Part shown: one piece after another, positions 60,742-64,000 of the stretch
Position numbering within the stretch: position 1 is the stretch's first letter
Layout: the number at the start of each line of letters is the position of its first letter
NCBI GenBank assembly: GCA_051362555.1
Contig: CM120641.1
Location: 29,146,401 to 29,210,400, forward strand
Direction of reading: 5' to 3'
Length of the DNA: 64,000 nt
Origin: Lingula anatina
Lineage: Eukaryota; Animalia; Brachiopoda
The notes under the pieces: generated by a model
The model's input: the letters and a program-made list of their open reading frames with translations, nothing else
Database searches by the model: none
Told to the model about the DNA's origin: nothing
Made by a program: the position numbers and the translations under genes

Positions 60742-63700
60742 TATTTATTTCCCATCAAACTGCTGAAACTTTAAAAACACATTTCATATACAAATGGTTG
60801 ACTTTTATTACATTTTGAAGTAATAATTTAAATTTGCAGGCTACCAAAAGTGGTGGATTCTAAAAATGAAGATTGCAACTACCAAACCTCCAGATGAAAC
60901 ACTTCTTCAGGATTGAGGGATCTTTATACAGATAACTTTGTAAGTTATTGGGGATCAACAACTTAAGAAAAGTGGTTCTGAATTTTTTAAGTATTATTAT
61001 TGGTGTATTATGGCATTTCTTATTATTGACAGTGATCAAAAACTATATCCTATGTAAACAAACAGTAAAATTAGAAGTAGCACAGACAGTCAACAATTTA
61101 ACATGTAGGCTAACATTACAATATTCAATATAGCAACATCTTTTCTTACTTTTTTGTCAAATGTTTGAAATAATTTATTTTTTGAAGACTGCTGTCTACT
61201 TACTCTAAAAAGTTAATATATATATTTCAATAAAGGAAGCATATTTCACTGTACATTTGGAAATAACGCTCTGATCATTTTAAGAACCAAGCTTTTCATT
61301 AATGTTAACGGTGTGTAAATACCAGTGATATACTTTCTTTGTTGCAGTTACTGCAAGCTTTCGATATAGCTTTTCATACTTTTGAGTAAAAGTTGGATTT
61401 CATTTGTAGGCTACGAATTGGGAGTTTTCCAATAATTACGCCTGCATGATGTCAGATAACGTCGACCCAAAACCAAATGTCCAAGATGTTGAACACTGTA
61501 CAGCGTTAGCAAGGAGCCCTGTGGACACCTTCATGGATGCTCGGACATCCCACGAGTTTTGGTGTTGAAGGACACGGCTTGTTCTGCAAACAAATATAAA
61601 GAATGTGGAATGGTAATGAAGGCAATATACAGTACTGAATGTAGTGGGAATACAGTCTAATAATGTATCAGTCTTTTGGATGCTGAGAATATTTGGGGTT
61701 CATGGGTCACAAACATGTCAAGGTGAAATTGCATCAAATTTCATTTGTATTTTATGCCTTATGCAGTGAACCATTTTATTTCAATAACAGAAGAGAAAAC
61801 TGAGGTTCAAGATAATTCTTCATTCCATACAAGATCAATTGAATAAGATGTGTGCTTCTGTAGGAAAAGTCTACCTCTACAGTTGCTATAATTATTATAT
61901 TAATAAATTTGAATATAGAGTTGCTTTATCCACATTCTGAATGCAGATAGTTTTTTGCTCACAAAAACATTCCCACCACTTGTGGTCGTCTGTGTTTTGT
62001 TTCAATCTGAGATGGTCATTTTTCAAATTTGTGCTTTTGATGATGTGGAGTTGTTTGTCAGTATGGCATTTGAAAAGGTCTTAACCTGCACACTAACCTT
62101 ACTAACAAACCCTCACATCTTTGTAAAATCTGACTTCATGTAAACGCTTTTACATGAAGAGATTTTACATTGATAGATTGTGCAAAATCTGTAATGAAAT
62201 ATTTTACGTGTGAGAAAATATTTCATTATATTTTTTGTACAGTCTGCTCTTCTTGAGAGATGCTGTCATCTCTCAAGATAGAGATCACATTACTAATATT
62301 CAGATTTTCTCAAGTGTTATACTTGACAAATACATCCACTTCATCACATATGCACCTTTTCTCCGGATCAAAAAAATTCAGATTGAAATTTACATGGGCG
62401 GTCATACAGTGTAATGTGAGATCCGAAATATTTTGAAGCAAGCTTGCTTTATTCTGTACTTGTATCATGCAGGTAGTTGCGATTTCAGTGCAAAGTTACA
62501 TTTTAGAAACCTGGTATTTTAAGTCGAATTATATATCAAAGTTTAGTTGAAATCATTGATATTCCCGAGTTATAATCATATTACTTGAATCTGTTTGCAT
62601 TTTATCATAAAGAGAACTATAATCAAGTTTTGAAAGATGCTTGCAGTTGTAAAATGATTAACTTTATTTATGGTTTTAATTCTCCAAAATAAAGTCAAAA
62701 TGATTCTGTTTAATTGTTATGTCTCTTGTTAGTTTTTTATTGGCTTCAGTGCCTTTTTCTGTAAGAATTACTTTAATAAGTTTTTATGCTTCACCTCGTG
62801 TATAGTATATATAGAGAATAGTTAGTCAACACAAAGGTTATTCCGTCACACAATGCTGTCTAAAACGGGACGATTCTTGAACTGTACGCAGCGCCGTGCC
62901 AATAGAAACCGATTTCGTCATGTTATAAGGACCGAATTATCCGGGCGTGGGCACTTTCCCGGCATTCCCCACGAAGGGTTTAGACGGGGTTTTCCCCACG
63001 GCCCGAGAGCATCTGGTACCAGTTTCCGACCACAAGACCTGCATTATCGGACTGTGTGCGTTCCGACGCTAGATGAAGACGATGGAAAATCTTAGAACTT
63101 TTGATAATACTGCTATGTATTAATTCATTGCGTTTACGTAGTTCATTACTGATTATTAGTCCTTTTTAAATCAACTGTAAATATTCAAAATTGTACATAA
63201 TAGTTGAATAAAAGATATTCTATAATTTTCTTTCTTTCTTTTTAATTTTTTTTTTTGTAAAAAAAAGTGGTCGTGTACAGATCGCTAAAAAAAAGCGAGA
63301 CTTGCAAATAAATTTAAATGGACTCGCATGTATGCTCGTTTAATCATTAGTAGAAATTATCCTCTTTCGCCTCTCACTTAAACTTTTACAATCTCGTCAC
63401 TATTTCTGTCACTCCAATTTCTTCCATAAAACTAGCCGATGTCCAGGTAATGAGTTGAATTTTGGTTTTTGGATACAAAGCTGTGGTGCTGCGTTACTTT
63501 GCTCTCCCGGGCCCCGTAACTCGAAAGCAGCGCGCATTGCGACCGAGCGCAAGCGTCTCGATTCCATTACTTGCCCATGCTCGCCCCATGTAATACACTG
63601 TAGCCTCTATGTGATATCGCCGTTCGCAATACGCGATGCTTTTAAGTTACGGAGCCCCAGGAATAACTCGAGCCGTTTCCTAGACTTTCCCGAGTCAAAT

Positions 63701-63881
63701 TAGAGAAGTAACTATCTTACTTAAATAAATCCCACTGTAGATTTAAGAACCCAACACCTCTTAATGTTAACGAAGGGGTACATTGTGTATAAATGTATAT
63801 GTTCTTGACTATAACACAAGTAAAACGAGAAAAAAACTAGTTTTTTCCCATTCCTGTGCCATTGTTATCCTTATCTACTGG

Positions 63882-63885
<4 letters not shown>

Positions 63886-63953
<68 letters not shown>
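63886..63953. repeat. (TA)n microsatellite
   Basis: Uninterrupted TA run. Confidence 0.95.
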
Positions 63954-63961
<8 letters not shown>

Positions 63962-64000
63962 TTGCTGTGGGAATTGAGGCCCAATTTTTTATATAAATGC

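Overview
AT-rich, intron-rich animal genomic DNA, probably a marine lophotrochozoan such as a mollusc (inferred from gene style and repeat families, not proven). Six protein-coding loci were reconstructed from GT-AG exon chains: mitochondrial glutamate dehydrogenase (- strand, with two paralogous 120-nt terminal exons), an IFI27/IFI6 (ISG12)-like gene (+), a TspanC8 tetraspanin (-) head-to-head with an uncharacterised 151-aa membrane protein (+), CDK1 (+), and only the 3' five exons of a MOV10 RNA helicase (+). Introns and intergenic DNA hold a decayed Tc1/mariner with a nested MITE, two Helentron-type (HINE) families, MITEs with 5-, 6-, 8- and 8/9-bp TSDs, a LINE 3' fragment and a Penelope-like fragment with inverted termini. 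From about 56.4 kb there is a TATA/Inr-preceded, apparently spliced, repeat-built transcription unit with no long ORF, in which whole exon+intron units are tandemly amplified. All calls were read by eye from the sequence; no database searches or expression data were available.
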